From an uncultured virus (IMG/VR IMGVR_UViG_3300025879_000018) (taxonomy: Duplodnaviria > Heunggongvirae > Uroviricota > Caudoviricetes > Crassvirales), in the IMG/VR virus record IMGVR_UViG_3300025879_000018: DNA of 64,000 nucleotides; one strand, 5' to 3'. Shown piece after piece: positions 19,101 to 28,125 of the stretch (positions are counted from its first letter, which is position 1; each line of letters opens with the position of its first letter). The position numbers and the translations under genes are program-made. The notes under the pieces are model-generated. The model saw only the letters and a list, made by a program, of their open reading frames with translations. It was not told where the DNA came from and did no database searches.

Positions 19101-20688
19101 CGAGGAAGTATTCCCTGCTCTTGCAGATATACAAACTGATGTAGACGGCAAACTTGATGCTACTGCTAAAGCAGCAGACTCTAACCTACTTGATGGAATT
19201 AATAGCAGTCAGTTTGTAAGAAGCGACCAAAACTCTGTTACAATAGGTAGACACTTAGACGCTAATACTACTTGGACTAATTCAGCATTAACATTGTTCT
19301 TGGGTTGGTACGGAGGTAAAGTAGTTATAGGAAACGACAACGATGGTGGACACGATTATGCATCTGCTCTTGGAGGTAGTACCATTCCTATTATTAACAA
19401 ATCTTATTTTTACAAGACTGCTAAGTTTGAAGAAGATATTCAGATTGATGGCAATGTTAACTTCTTAGCAGGGGTAGGCACTTGGATTACCTCTGATGCA
19501 ATGTCTGACTCTATGGGTTGGAACGGTAATCACGGAGTTTATATAGGAAGTACAGCAAGAGGTAGCAGTTCATATGTTTATGGTGACGGTACTTACTACA
19601 TAAATGGAAACAACTACGATTTATGGCACGAGGGTAACTTTGACCCTGCAACTAAAGAAAATGCAGGTGCTGCCGCTGGTGTAAATGACAGAATAGATAC
19701 TGAAATAGCACCTCAACTTATAGACCACGACAGTCGCATTACTACGAATAGAAATGAGATTACTACTAAAGCAAATGCGGTTCACACCCATTCTGCCGCA
19801 GATATTACAAGTGGAACATTAGATGGCGCAAGATTACCTTGGGATGAAAGTGATGGATTCAGTGGGACATATAGCCTTGTTTGGAGAGCAACAAATGATT
19901 TATATACATCATCTTGGCTACAGATAAGAGGGTCAGACGACACTCTTCTTACAAGAAGTATCTCGGCAAACGGAAAATTATCTGTAGGAAACGGTATGTG
20001 GGTAAACGGTAATAACGCTACTGTTTACAACAACTACAATGAAAACTTACGACTACCGCCTGCGGGAAATAATGTTTCTGTAATCGCATTTAGAGCAACA
20101 GGAGAAGGTGGTGAGCCAAGTTCTTCTATTCTCGGATACTCTGATAGACACGAGGTGCGAATTGGAGGCACTTGGAGAGAAAGAATCTATGCAGGAACAA
20201 CAAGTATAAACAACACCCTTGTTGTATTCGGAGATGCTTTACCAGACGTAGATAGAACAAGAGATTTAGGTAGAGCAGATAATCGTTGGAGAATAGTATT
20301 CTGTGAGATTCTTGATTCAGCAGGTCAGCACGAGAAGAACCTACAAAACCCAGAAGGCGAGAAGTCTGTTGGTGAGTACGAAACAGGAACAGTCTTAGTA
20401 TGGAAGGGCGGCAAGAACGTACCTTGTACAGATGCTGCTGACCATATGAGAATGGGTATTGCAGTAAAAGGTATTGACTCTCCGCTTATTCAAGGAGCAG
20501 AGCCAGTCTTAGTAACTGGCTCGGTAAACGAAGGAGACTACTTAGTAACTTCACGCAAGGAAGGACACGCAGAGGCTATCTCACCAGAGTTTATGCGTCA
20601 GCACGGTCTATACGACTGTGTATTAGGAAAAGCACTTGAAAGTGCAGAAGGTGAATCACACTTAGTAAAAACTTGGATAAACATATAA
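16180..20688 (+). CDS. long tail fibre with a C-terminal intramolecular chaperone (peptidase G2-like)
   Basis: LVDSSPAALNTLNELAAALGDDPNFATT, KAADSNLLDG, HEHDARYYTETE; C-terminal PVLVTGSVNEGDYLVTS..GHA..VLGKALE. Confidence 0.85.
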   Translation: MSQKFLSDVVLSTLTTGSMLKLDSNGKIVEAVDGTDYISTSATGYFTASSGSGIYYSGDVRIGTYQTTVAPDAKLHIFDYQTTEPKLLIEDGNTGDASMQFKISTQSYTLGIDNSDSDKFVLSAGDVLGTGNLLEITSGGLAAFQNSVLVKGTLYVNNQEQIQQGDTEKIATFQNLGTERGYFEVTDTGKGYFYADGFKTGATTVGFLKSDGTVDTGDFFSGAYSDLSGTPTLGTMAAASANDYKTSDQTEDYVAGELTYSNISGTPTLGTAAAADTTDFDAAGEAQDVQDNLDSLVGTLGTAAYTASTDYATASHTHSIFTGNSGYIEAGGNNAAVFSITSRDRRAIKDLPRTYPRGLYLDFKNQDIFPEIGEGGYRGQMIWRSYGSETDLSGGQPLQMVYTQSGNLYFRLGTGLDTWQEEFQHIATRQWVSDQSYLTSLPAHEHDARYYTETEMDTFLSGKLSTSGGTVTGMTIFEDGLRIGTGNHNNNGRASITFGEGSPTTDSMYIEYDGENLSGNNNALIFGSESAGDIFKITFGGSVLIGTNAVATESYVTTALSNYKTSDDTETYIATELLSYTPTSSFGTNAFTSYSDHTGLYDTAGSAGAVETAVNTRIDEEVLPAVSDNATGVDNNRAAITALGTDKLAKSGGTMTGTLEWDTSAGATNTHAKIVYGQSPSPDGSLNGMAQVANYGADGYGLLLHVGYGESDNGGIKITDDGVVVWGASDENVFTVIDEDSRSERFRIDNSGNIAASGNITAAGGISSAYLTNSGGAKLEIQNGVDGTPDRGIYMWNIEDPNWGIYMSTSGAGKSLGGGTATAGIDGVAEHAIRFRVNDNSAQAGFIWENSSEVALMQMNGGSGHLYVNGRIYPSNQTTDYVDSTRIKNWDVAHGWGNHAGLYDLAGSAAAVQTWVGEQNFATDAAIGTAISNLVDSSPAALNTLNELAAALGDDPNFATTVTNNIGAVNTRIDEEVFPALADIQTDVDGKLDATAKAADSNLLDGINSSQFVRSDQNSVTIGRHLDANTTWTNSALTLFLGWYGGKVVIGNDNDGGHDYASALGGSTIPIINKSYFYKTAKFEEDIQIDGNVNFLAGVGTWITSDAMSDSMGWNGNHGVYIGSTARGSSSYVYGDGTYYINGNNYDLWHEGNFDPATKENAGAAAGVNDRIDTEIAPQLIDHDSRITTNRNEITTKANAVHTHSAADITSGTLDGARLPWDESDGFSGTYSLVWRATNDLYTSSWLQIRGSDDTLLTRSISANGKLSVGNGMWVNGNNATVYNNYNENLRLPPAGNNVSVIAFRATGEGGEPSSSILGYSDRHEVRIGGTWRERIYAGTTSINNTLVVFGDALPDVDRTRDLGRADNRWRIVFCEILDSAGQHEKNLQNPEGEKSVGEYETGTVLVWKGGKNVPCTDAADHMRMGIAVKGIDSPLIQGAEPVLVTGSVNEGDYLVTSRKEGHAEAISPEFMRQHGLYDCVLGKALESAEGESHLVKTWINI

Positions 20689-20689
20689 T

Positions 20690-23600
20690 ATGAGCTTTAG
20701 GATTAACAGGGGTATATTCCAATTCAAAGACAACGCTTCAGATACGTTCATCAATAAATTCAAAATTGATGATAGGGGAGAAATGATTGAAGTTGACCCA
20801 GATGGGAATAAGGTAGCAGCCTATATGCGTCTTGGCGACAAGGCAACAGATTCTGATAAAGTTGATGGATACCACGCTACAAACGCTGGCGGTGGTATAC
20901 CTGTGCTTAATTCTAATGCTTATTGGTACGCACCTTCTTGGATTCACTTAAATGAAGGTCGTGGTCTTTTTAGCGGTCATAACGGAGCGCATCTTCTTCC
21001 AAACAATCAAGGTGCATACGGTGCTTGGAGAATGATTGGTACTCGTGGCGGTTGGGAAGGTTTGCATTTTGGTGGCTCAAACGGAGTGACGTTAATGATG
21101 AATGAAACCGAATCTGGTCTTCATAGAAATGGAGTTGGATGGAAGTTTAGACATCAAAACGGTAAATTCTATGTATATACAGGAACAAATGGAGGCGGTA
21201 CAGGATACCCTGTATGGCACGAAGGAACTATATCAACTTCAGAGGTAGCTGCATTAAAAACATCGTTAGGAGTTACAGGGCTTCCGTACAGTTGTGACAT
21301 ATTTGTAGAGGGAGACCCCGACCTTTACTATCCTGTTCATTTTATGGGTGGCGACCAAGATGTTTGGCGTAGAATAATTATCAAAAGAGGTTACGGTGAG
21401 ACCGCACCTTGGGACCCTATTGGCACTGGCGCTCACAGAGGAGGTCTTCTGTTAGACTGGGAAGGTAATTTTGGAGGCTGGGGTGGCGCACAATACAGCG
21501 ATAGACTAAGGGTGTTTAATGAAAGCTACACTACAATATGTGCAAGTATGTATAGAACTACTCATAGTATGGGTTATACATTCTTTTTGCGAGGTGGTGG
21601 TGCTGTATATCATATATACTCTGACCAAGCTATAAACGGAAGAGGTCAAAGCGGAGCTCCAGATATTGCTTACGATACAGACTTCCTTTTTTACAACGGC
21701 GGTTCCAATACAAGTTACAATGTTTACGCTCCTGCGCCAATGGATAGGCAAGACGCAGCGAGAATATCGGAGCTAAGAACATTAAAGAGGTCTGAGCTTG
21801 ACGCTATATATCAACCAACAGGTTCATATTTAACTACCTCTGGTAAAGCAGCTGATTCTGATAAATTAGATGGTATTAACAGCACATCGTTTCTACGCTC
21901 TGATGCTGATGATACAATGAGCGGAAACTTGACCTTAAAATATAATACGGCAAATGCTTCTGCTTATAACGCAATAAACTTTGCTCCTTATGATGATGCA
22001 GCAGGAGTAAACGATTATATAATAAAAGCAGAATCATCAAGAGGTGTATTTGGTCGCAAATCATTTGGGTGGCACGTTCACTCAAACTCAGCATTTGGGG
22101 TGTATTCTAACGGATGGGAAAAACTGTTTGGTGTAGAAGGGCAGACAGGTAATGCTTTTGCTAAAGGTACTTTTAACGCAGGTCAGCTAACTGTAAGCGG
22201 CTCTACTAACAGCGGAAGACTATACTCTGATTCTTGGGGTATGAAAATAGGAACAAGTAGTGGTCATATTCAGTTTGGGCCTGCTAATAATGATTGGGCG
22301 CACATCTACACAGATAGACCTGCCTTTTACTTTAATAAAGCACTTTACGAGAATGGTGCAAGACTTGCTACGCAGTCATACGCATCAAGTTCTGCCGATG
22401 CTGTAAGAGAAGATTTAACACCACTAATATCCACCGCACAAACAACTGCTGATAACGCAGCAACTGCTGCTGCTGCTGCACAGGCTACGGCAAATACTGC
22501 TGAGACAAGGGCTAATGGCGCAAGAGAAGAAGCGGTTATTGCTGGAGAAGCGGCAAGAGCCGCGCAGACGACTGCTGACAGTAAACTTGGAGCAACCGCA
22601 AAGGCTGCTGATTCAAACCTACTTGATGGTCTTGATTCTTCAAGATTCCTCTATACGACCACGGGTCAGTTTAGCGGTGATTGGAATACACTTACTGATA
22701 GTAACCAAGAAATTAGACTTGTAGAGGTACACAACATTACAGGAGGTGCGCATAGCAACCATCCAACTGGGCTATATACCTATGGCTCTGTCCTTGGTTG
22801 GCAGTTAGACAACGCTACATTTAAGCTGTACTCTTCTCATACTGGAGACCTTGCTTTCCAAACTGGATGGAATAATGATGGTTATAGTGGATGGAGAACT
22901 ATATGGCACAGTGCTAATTTTAATCCTGCGACTAAGGCTGACACAAGCCATAATCACTCTACTCTATATGCAGGTCACGGATATATAAACAGCGGTGACT
23001 GGAATACATACAGTAGCCCACACGGAAGTGATAGCACTTTTGGTGGAGGTATTTATAGGGTAGAATCATCTGCTGCTAACCCACCTGCAAGTGGAGTATA
23101 CAACTGGTCTCTGTATCAGCAAGGTAACACATCTCGTGGTTCTCAAATTGCAGTAGGTGCATACGCAGGGGGTAACAGGCTGTATTTTAGAGGAAGTAAC
23201 CAAAACGCAAATGCGTATAGAAATTGGGCTGAGGTATGGCATACCGATAACTTTGACCCTGCAACAAAAGAAGAAGCAGGTGCTGCTGATGCCGTAAGAA
23301 CTGATTTATCTGGATTAATTAGCACAGCAACAAGCAAGGCAGATACAGCGTCATCAACCGCTTCAACGGCTAACACAACTGCTAATTCAGCGCTTGCAGC
23401 AGCAGCCACAGCTCAAGACACTGCTGACGAAGCAACAACACTCGCACGAGCCGCTCAGACGACTGCTGATGGTAAACTCGGAGCAACGGCTAAAGCAGCG
23501 GACTCTAATCTGTTAGACGGTATTGATAGTAGTGCATTTATCAGAGAGAATCAAGACCGCAGACATAAGGTTATAAGGTTTACAGGTGAAGGTGGTGATT

Positions 23601-25375
23601 CTGGAAATGGTGACTACAATTATGCTATATATCAAGCAGGTGGCGCTTGGTCACATCCCTACCCAGACCTTGTAATAGCGTATCATACAGGTATTAAAAT
23701 CGGTGGATACAAAAATTATGGTGGTGTAAAAATATATAATGACGCTCCAGAAAGAAGTGGAGCACAGCAAGTTGCTTCATTTGGAGACGGAGATGCAAAT
23801 GTTCGTGTATCTAACAACCTTCATATAGGTAGTGCAGGTGGATGGATTACAGATTTACTTAATACTAAAGAAACAGCAGGTGCTGCTGATGCTGCAAAAG
23901 AAGAGTTAGTTCCGCTAATATCTAATGCACAGACTACAGCAGACAATGCAGCAACTGCAGCAGCGGCAGCTCAAGCAACTGCTAACACGGCTGAGACAAG
24001 AGCAAACGATGCGAAAGGAGCTGCTGCTGCGGCTCAAGCAACTGCTGATGGTAAATTAGGAGCTACCGCAAAGGCAACAAATTCACACGCAGCCGATGGT
24101 ATTAACATTGTGGGCTACGGAACAAATGAGTTTTCATTTTATCAAGCAGCTGGAGCATTTGCAGGATATAGCGGTTGGGCGAACTACTTTATAGGAAACC
24201 ACGGAAGCGGTAGCAGTTACTATAACACGACTCACATTATGCCGTTTTGGGGTCCTCCTCAATACTCTCGTTTAGAAGGGGGTACATTTAGAGGTCCATA
24301 TACATATTGGACTACTGAGAACTTTGACCCTGCGGCTAAGGCAAATGTATCTCACGACCACAACGACCTTTACTACACTAAGGCACAGTCTAATTCAAAC
24401 TATGATAGCGCAGGGTCTGCTTCTACAGCACAGACTAATGCTATAAATGCGGCAAACGACAGGTTTGATAACGAAGTAATGCCACAGGTGACCACAAACG
24501 CCACCAATATTGCGAGAAATGCCACAGACATCGCAAGTAAATTGGGGACAACAGGTAAGGCTGCTGATGCAGACAAACTTGATGGTTACGACTGGATGCA
24601 AAGCGGTAAGTCTGTTCGTGCAGATGAATTCTACACATCTGGCTGGTTAAGAAATTACAATAGTAACACAGGTTTATACAACCAAGCGACAGGACAGCAT
24701 TGGTATTCAGATGATGATGATTTTTGGAATGTGGCAGGTGGTACTGCAGCAAATGGTATCCGTTTTCGTGATGAACACAACGGTACTATCAGAGGGTATG
24801 TTTACGCTGATTATAACAATAACGTAGGACTTCTGGATGCAGGAGGTAGTTGGGCTATTAAACATCTTAATGACAACGGTACTTACTTCTATACAGATAA
24901 CGAAACACTTGAGTTTAGAGTAGGTCGTGATGTTGTAAGTGGTGGTTACGGTACTGTTCAAACTGACACTACTCGTAGTGGATGGGGAGGATATTCTATT
25001 GCAGGTAGAGTTGTGTTTATGCACGACCATTCTAATGGTTGGGGTATATATAATGATGTCAATGATGAGTGGATGATTTACGGTACACTCAATGGACAGG
25101 TTGAACTTAGACACAACAGCGCAGTAAAACTTGCCACAAACTCTGGTGGTGTAACTGTAACAGGTACTGTATCAGCAACAGCATTCAGTGGTAGCCTTGA
25201 TTGGTCTAATGTAACAAACAAACCTGTTATACCTGCGGCAACAGAACCAGTACAGGTTACTGTAGACCGCGGAGAAAATTCAACACTTTCAAGTATATTT
25301 TTTAGCCCAGCGGAAGGTGTCGCTACATTCACACTTGCTGACGGACAAACCTTTAGACTTGCCTTCGCAAGATAA
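20690..25375 (+). CDS. long modular tail fibre/receptor-binding protein
   Basis: Repeated KAADSxxLDG and WHxxNFDPATK motifs; Ala-rich coiled-coil spacers; Gly/Trp-rich knob domains. Confidence 0.85.
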   Translation: MSFRINRGIFQFKDNASDTFINKFKIDDRGEMIEVDPDGNKVAAYMRLGDKATDSDKVDGYHATNAGGGIPVLNSNAYWYAPSWIHLNEGRGLFSGHNGAHLLPNNQGAYGAWRMIGTRGGWEGLHFGGSNGVTLMMNETESGLHRNGVGWKFRHQNGKFYVYTGTNGGGTGYPVWHEGTISTSEVAALKTSLGVTGLPYSCDIFVEGDPDLYYPVHFMGGDQDVWRRIIIKRGYGETAPWDPIGTGAHRGGLLLDWEGNFGGWGGAQYSDRLRVFNESYTTICASMYRTTHSMGYTFFLRGGGAVYHIYSDQAINGRGQSGAPDIAYDTDFLFYNGGSNTSYNVYAPAPMDRQDAARISELRTLKRSELDAIYQPTGSYLTTSGKAADSDKLDGINSTSFLRSDADDTMSGNLTLKYNTANASAYNAINFAPYDDAAGVNDYIIKAESSRGVFGRKSFGWHVHSNSAFGVYSNGWEKLFGVEGQTGNAFAKGTFNAGQLTVSGSTNSGRLYSDSWGMKIGTSSGHIQFGPANNDWAHIYTDRPAFYFNKALYENGARLATQSYASSSADAVREDLTPLISTAQTTADNAATAAAAAQATANTAETRANGAREEAVIAGEAARAAQTTADSKLGATAKAADSNLLDGLDSSRFLYTTTGQFSGDWNTLTDSNQEIRLVEVHNITGGAHSNHPTGLYTYGSVLGWQLDNATFKLYSSHTGDLAFQTGWNNDGYSGWRTIWHSANFNPATKADTSHNHSTLYAGHGYINSGDWNTYSSPHGSDSTFGGGIYRVESSAANPPASGVYNWSLYQQGNTSRGSQIAVGAYAGGNRLYFRGSNQNANAYRNWAEVWHTDNFDPATKEEAGAADAVRTDLSGLISTATSKADTASSTASTANTTANSALAAAATAQDTADEATTLARAAQTTADGKLGATAKAADSNLLDGIDSSAFIRENQDRRHKVIRFTGEGGDSGNGDYNYAIYQAGGAWSHPYPDLVIAYHTGIKIGGYKNYGGVKIYNDAPERSGAQQVASFGDGDANVRVSNNLHIGSAGGWITDLLNTKETAGAADAAKEELVPLISNAQTTADNAATAAAAAQATANTAETRANDAKGAAAAAQATADGKLGATAKATNSHAADGINIVGYGTNEFSFYQAAGAFAGYSGWANYFIGNHGSGSSYYNTTHIMPFWGPPQYSRLEGGTFRGPYTYWTTENFDPAAKANVSHDHNDLYYTKAQSNSNYDSAGSASTAQTNAINAANDRFDNEVMPQVTTNATNIARNATDIASKLGTTGKAADADKLDGYDWMQSGKSVRADEFYTSGWLRNYNSNTGLYNQATGQHWYSDDDDFWNVAGGTAANGIRFRDEHNGTIRGYVYADYNNNVGLLDAGGSWAIKHLNDNGTYFYTDNETLEFRVGRDVVSGGYGTVQTDTTRSGWGGYSIAGRVVFMHDHSNGWGIYNDVNDEWMIYGTLNGQVELRHNSAVKLATNSGGVTVTGTVSATAFSGSLDWSNVTNKPVIPAATEPVQVTVDRGENSTLSSIFFSPAEGVATFTLADGQTFRLAFAR

Positions 25376-25413
25376 TTTTTACTAAATTTGTAACACGAAA
25401 AAACAAAAACAAA

Positions 25414-25773
25414 ATGGCTTTAACAAAAACAGTTTCTAAGTACGGAGTAGAGTTTGCTTCTGCTTATCACAGAATCACAAACCTTGACTACTATGTAAAC
25501 GAGTACGCAATGACTCAGTTTGTAGAGCAAGAACCAGATGCTGACGGCAACCCAGTTGCTCCAGTAGAGGAAGAAGTAGTAACAATAACTAAGCAGGCTA
25601 ACCTAACGGTACGCACTTACGCTGATGCCGATGCTCGTACAGAACGTGCAGAGCCTATCGCAAGCAAAGTGTTTAGCTTTACCCCAGACTGGGAGTCTAC
25701 TGACAACGTACTTGCACAAGGTTACGCTTACCTAAAGACTCTTGAGGAGTTTGACGGTGCTGTAGATGCGTAA
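25414..25773 (+). CDS. putative tail fibre assembly protein
   Basis: Small acidic ORF after the fibres ending QGYAYLKTLEEFDGAVDA; TAAATTTG at 25383. Confidence 0.55.
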   Translation: MALTKTVSKYGVEFASAYHRITNLDYYVNEYAMTQFVEQEPDADGNPVAPVEEEVVTITKQANLTVRTYADADARTERAEPIASKVFSFTPDWESTDNVLAQGYAYLKTLEEFDGAVDA

Positions 25774-25779
25774 GACAAC

Positions 25780-25811
25780 TTGACAGAGTAATCTGTTTTG
25801 TATTATATTTG
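25780..25811 (+). promoter_or_regulatory. Bacteroidota-type promoter
   Basis: TTG-21 nt-TATATTTG. Confidence 0.7.
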
Positions 25812-25836
25812 TAGTGTTGAATTCAATAAAAAATAA

Positions 25837-26100
25837 ATGACTATGTCTGACGTAAAGAAAATTACCGAAGAGGAGTTGAAAGCACTTAACGAAGTGGTTA
25901 CTCCAATGAAAAAGATTACCGAAGCACTCGGTAGTATGGAAATTAACAAAGCTAAAGCCCTAAAGGATTACGAAGGCTTTGAAGCGCAACTTCAAGAACT
26001 ACAAAAAGGTCTTGAGGAAGCTTACGGAAGCGTGAGCATTAACCTACAGACTGGTGAGATTACCGAAGAGGAAGCACCAGAAATGAAGGTAGCTGAGTAA
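25837..26100 (+). CDS. small coiled-coil protein
   Basis: Heptad-like helix ending YGSVSINLQTGEI. Confidence 0.7.
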   Translation: MTMSDVKKITEEELKALNEVVTPMKKITEALGSMEINKAKALKDYEGFEAQLQELQKGLEEAYGSVSINLQTGEITEEEAPEMKVAE

Positions 26101-26123
26101 TCTAATACAACTCGCTTACACTG

Positions 26124-26154
26124 AAGGGGTTACGGAAACGTAGCCCCTTTTTTT
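26124..26154 (+). terminator. intrinsic terminator, directly followed by TACCTTTG
   Basis: AAGGGGTTACG-gaaa-CGTAGCCCCTT plus T tract. Confidence 0.85.
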
Positions 26155-26168
26155 ATACCTTTGTGTTT

Positions 26169-26459
26169 ATGAAAGCAAAGAAAGATTCACGTTTAGAACG
26201 AGCAGGAGTTAGTGGTTATAACAAGCCTAAGCGTACTCCTAATCACCCTAAGAAGTCACACATCGTAGTGGCTAAATCTGGCTCTACCATTAAAACTATT
26301 CGTTTCGGAGAGCAAGGTGCTTCTACGGCTGGGAAACCAAAGGCAGGTGAATCTGCTAAAATGAAGGCAAAGAGAAAATCATTTAAGGCTCGCCACGGAA
26401 GAAACATTGCTAAAGGCGTACTAAGTGCTGCATACTGGGCGAATAAAGTTAAGTGGTAA
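26169..26459 (+). CDS. small basic phage protein
   Basis: MKAKKDSRL..IRFGEQG..RKSFKARH..SAAYWANKVKW. Confidence 0.75.
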   Translation: MKAKKDSRLERAGVSGYNKPKRTPNHPKKSHIVVAKSGSTIKTIRFGEQGASTAGKPKAGESAKMKAKRKSFKARHGRNIAKGVLSAAYWANKVKW

Positions 26460-26839
26460 TGAAAAAGAAAGGTCTCGCAAAAGTAAAAGAGCTGTTCTGG
26501 TACAGCGATAGCGAACCCAATGAGGTTCTAATCGCATTCTGCCACATATTCGCACTACCTGCTGCCTTATGCGTAGACTTTGATAACCCATCATTTATTC
26601 TTATTGGAGCTGGCATACTTGCTGGTAGTTTTCAGATGTGGGCTGTTCTATGGAATGGAACACTGCGTATGAGGCTTATTGCAGTACAGGTAGCAGCTTT
26701 AATTGCATTAGGTACTGTAGAGAATCTTATAGCGACAGGACTGATGAGTGGTAGTCGTGTAGGGTGGGCAATTATTATGCTGTTTGCTTTATGGAACACG
26801 GTTAGAGTGTATAAAGAAAAGCTGGATAAAAATGCTTGA
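26459..26839 (+). CDS. multi-TM membrane protein (paralog 1)
   Basis: About four hydrophobic segments; WYSDSEPNE motif. Confidence 0.7.
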   Translation: MKKKGLAKVKELFWYSDSEPNEVLIAFCHIFALPAALCVDFDNPSFILIGAGILAGSFQMWAVLWNGTLRMRLIAVQVAALIALGTVENLIATGLMSGSRVGWAIIMLFALWNTVRVYKEKLDKNA

Positions 26840-27197
26840 CAGATTAAAACAGCTTTGGAGATATAGCGATAGTCAACCAACTGAGATTACGCTTGGAGCA
26901 TCACTTATGATTCTTGCCCCTATAGCAACTATTATAGAGTTAGGGCTTATGCCTTTCTATCAATCCGCACTAATCGGTGCTGGCATTTATCAACTATTCT
27001 GTATATCTAAAGGCAATCTTAAATGTAGGCTAAGAGCCTCTTTCATAACCTTCGGATTATATACATCCACTCTGGCGATGTATTTGCTTTCTATTGGACT
27101 ACCTACCCCATCACACTACGGATGGGTGTTATTGGTTATATCTTCTTTTGGAAATTTAAAGAGGCTAAAAACAGAACAGATACACCGAAATGGATAA
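26832..27197 (+). CDS. multi-TM membrane protein (paralog 2; start revised to 26832)
   Basis: About four hydrophobic segments; WRYSDSQPTE motif. Confidence 0.7.
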   Translation: MLDRLKQLWRYSDSQPTEITLGASLMILAPIATIIELGLMPFYQSALIGAGIYQLFCISKGNLKCRLRASFITFGLYTSTLAMYLLSIGLPTPSHYGWVLLVISSFGNLKRLKTEQIHRNG

Positions 27198-27501
27198 CAT
27201 AACACAAATAATAATTACCGTTGCTACAGTGGCTGGCTCTGCTGGTATATGGAAGTTCTTTGAAGCGCGGCTAAGAGTAAAGTCGGAAGAAAGAAAGTCG
27301 GAACTTGAAAACAATGATGGAGTGCAGTATCGCGATGATTTAAAAGACAGAGTAAGAAACTTAGAGTCTTTATTAGCCAAGTCTTCTGACGAGAAAGACG
27401 ATATGAGAAATCGCATAGAAGAGCTTATAGGCGAGGTTAACGCATTGCGTGTTGAGGTAGACTATCTTAAGAGAGAGAACGACAGACTGAAGAGCAAATA
27501 A
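27190..27501 (+). CDS. single-TM coiled-coil protein (holin/antiholin-like)
   Basis: N-terminal TM IIITVATVAGSAGIW then a long coiled coil. Confidence 0.6.
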   Translation: MDNITQIIITVATVAGSAGIWKFFEARLRVKSEERKSELENNDGVQYRDDLKDRVRNLESLLAKSSDEKDDMRNRIEELIGEVNALRVEVDYLKRENDRLKSK

Positions 27502-27542
27502 TACTATCTTTGCTGTCTTTCACTAATCTAAAAAACAGCGCT

Positions 27543-27644
27543 ATGTCAGACAGCTTTGAAGACTTCGTAAACGAATTAGAAACAGCAGAACAACCAACCT
27601 GCTCAATGGAAAACCCAGAAGACTGTGAAGCCTGTGGAAGCTAA
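27543..27644 (+). CDS. 33-aa acidic peptide ending CSMENPEDCEACGS (RNR-alpha C-tail-like; not in ORF track)
   Basis: Own TATCTTTG box at 27505; fills the gap between neighbours; MSDSFEDFVNELETAEQPTCSMENPEDCEACGS*. Confidence 0.75.
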   Translation: MSDSFEDFVNELETAEQPTCSMENPEDCEACGS

Positions 27645-27651
27645 GTAAACT

Positions 27652-28041
27652 ATGAGTACCGCTAAAAAGACAAACCCAGCAAAATGGAAACGCATTGTAG
27701 CAGCAGTTAAGGCTGGTACTAAGGGTGGTCGTGCAGGGCAATGGAGCGCACGTAAAGCGCAAATTGCTACAGCACGATACAAGAAGTCTGGAGGCGGTTA
27801 CAAAGGGGCTAAGAAGGCTTCCAACAGCCTTAGCAAATGGAGTAAGCAGAAGTGGAGAACATCAGACGGTTCTAAGTCTGAAGGAAAGAAGCGTTACCTA
27901 CCAGATGCAGCGTGGAAGGCATTAAGCCCATCAGAAAAAGCAGCTACCAACAGAGCGAAAGCAAAGGGTAACAAAAAAGGAAAACAGTTTGTACGACAGC
28001 CCAAGAAAGTGGCTAAGAAGGTTGCGAGATACAGAAAGTAA
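27652..28041 (+). CDS. basic protein, DUF5872-like
   Basis: AGTKGGRAGQWSARKAQ..LSKWSKQKW..RYLPDAAWKALS. Confidence 0.7.
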   Translation: MSTAKKTNPAKWKRIVAAVKAGTKGGRAGQWSARKAQIATARYKKSGGGYKGAKKASNSLSKWSKQKWRTSDGSKSEGKKRYLPDAAWKALSPSEKAATNRAKAKGNKKGKQFVRQPKKVAKKVARYRK

Positions 28042-28060
28042 TCTAACAGACTGACTAACA

Positions 28061-28090
28061 GAGGGGTGCAAGAAATTGTATCCCTTTTTT
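28061..28090 (+). terminator. intrinsic terminator, followed by TAATTTTG
   Basis: GGGGTGCAA-gaaa-TTGTATCCC plus T tract. Confidence 0.75.
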
Positions 28091-28125
28091 ATTTAATTTT
28101 GTAACATAATTCAATTTATTCAACA

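Noticed and set aside
16180..25375. Diversity-generating retroelement or shufflon acting on the fibres
   Set aside because: No reverse transcriptase or invertase is visible. The repeats differ at synonymous positions rather than specifically at adenines, and there are no inverted cassettes
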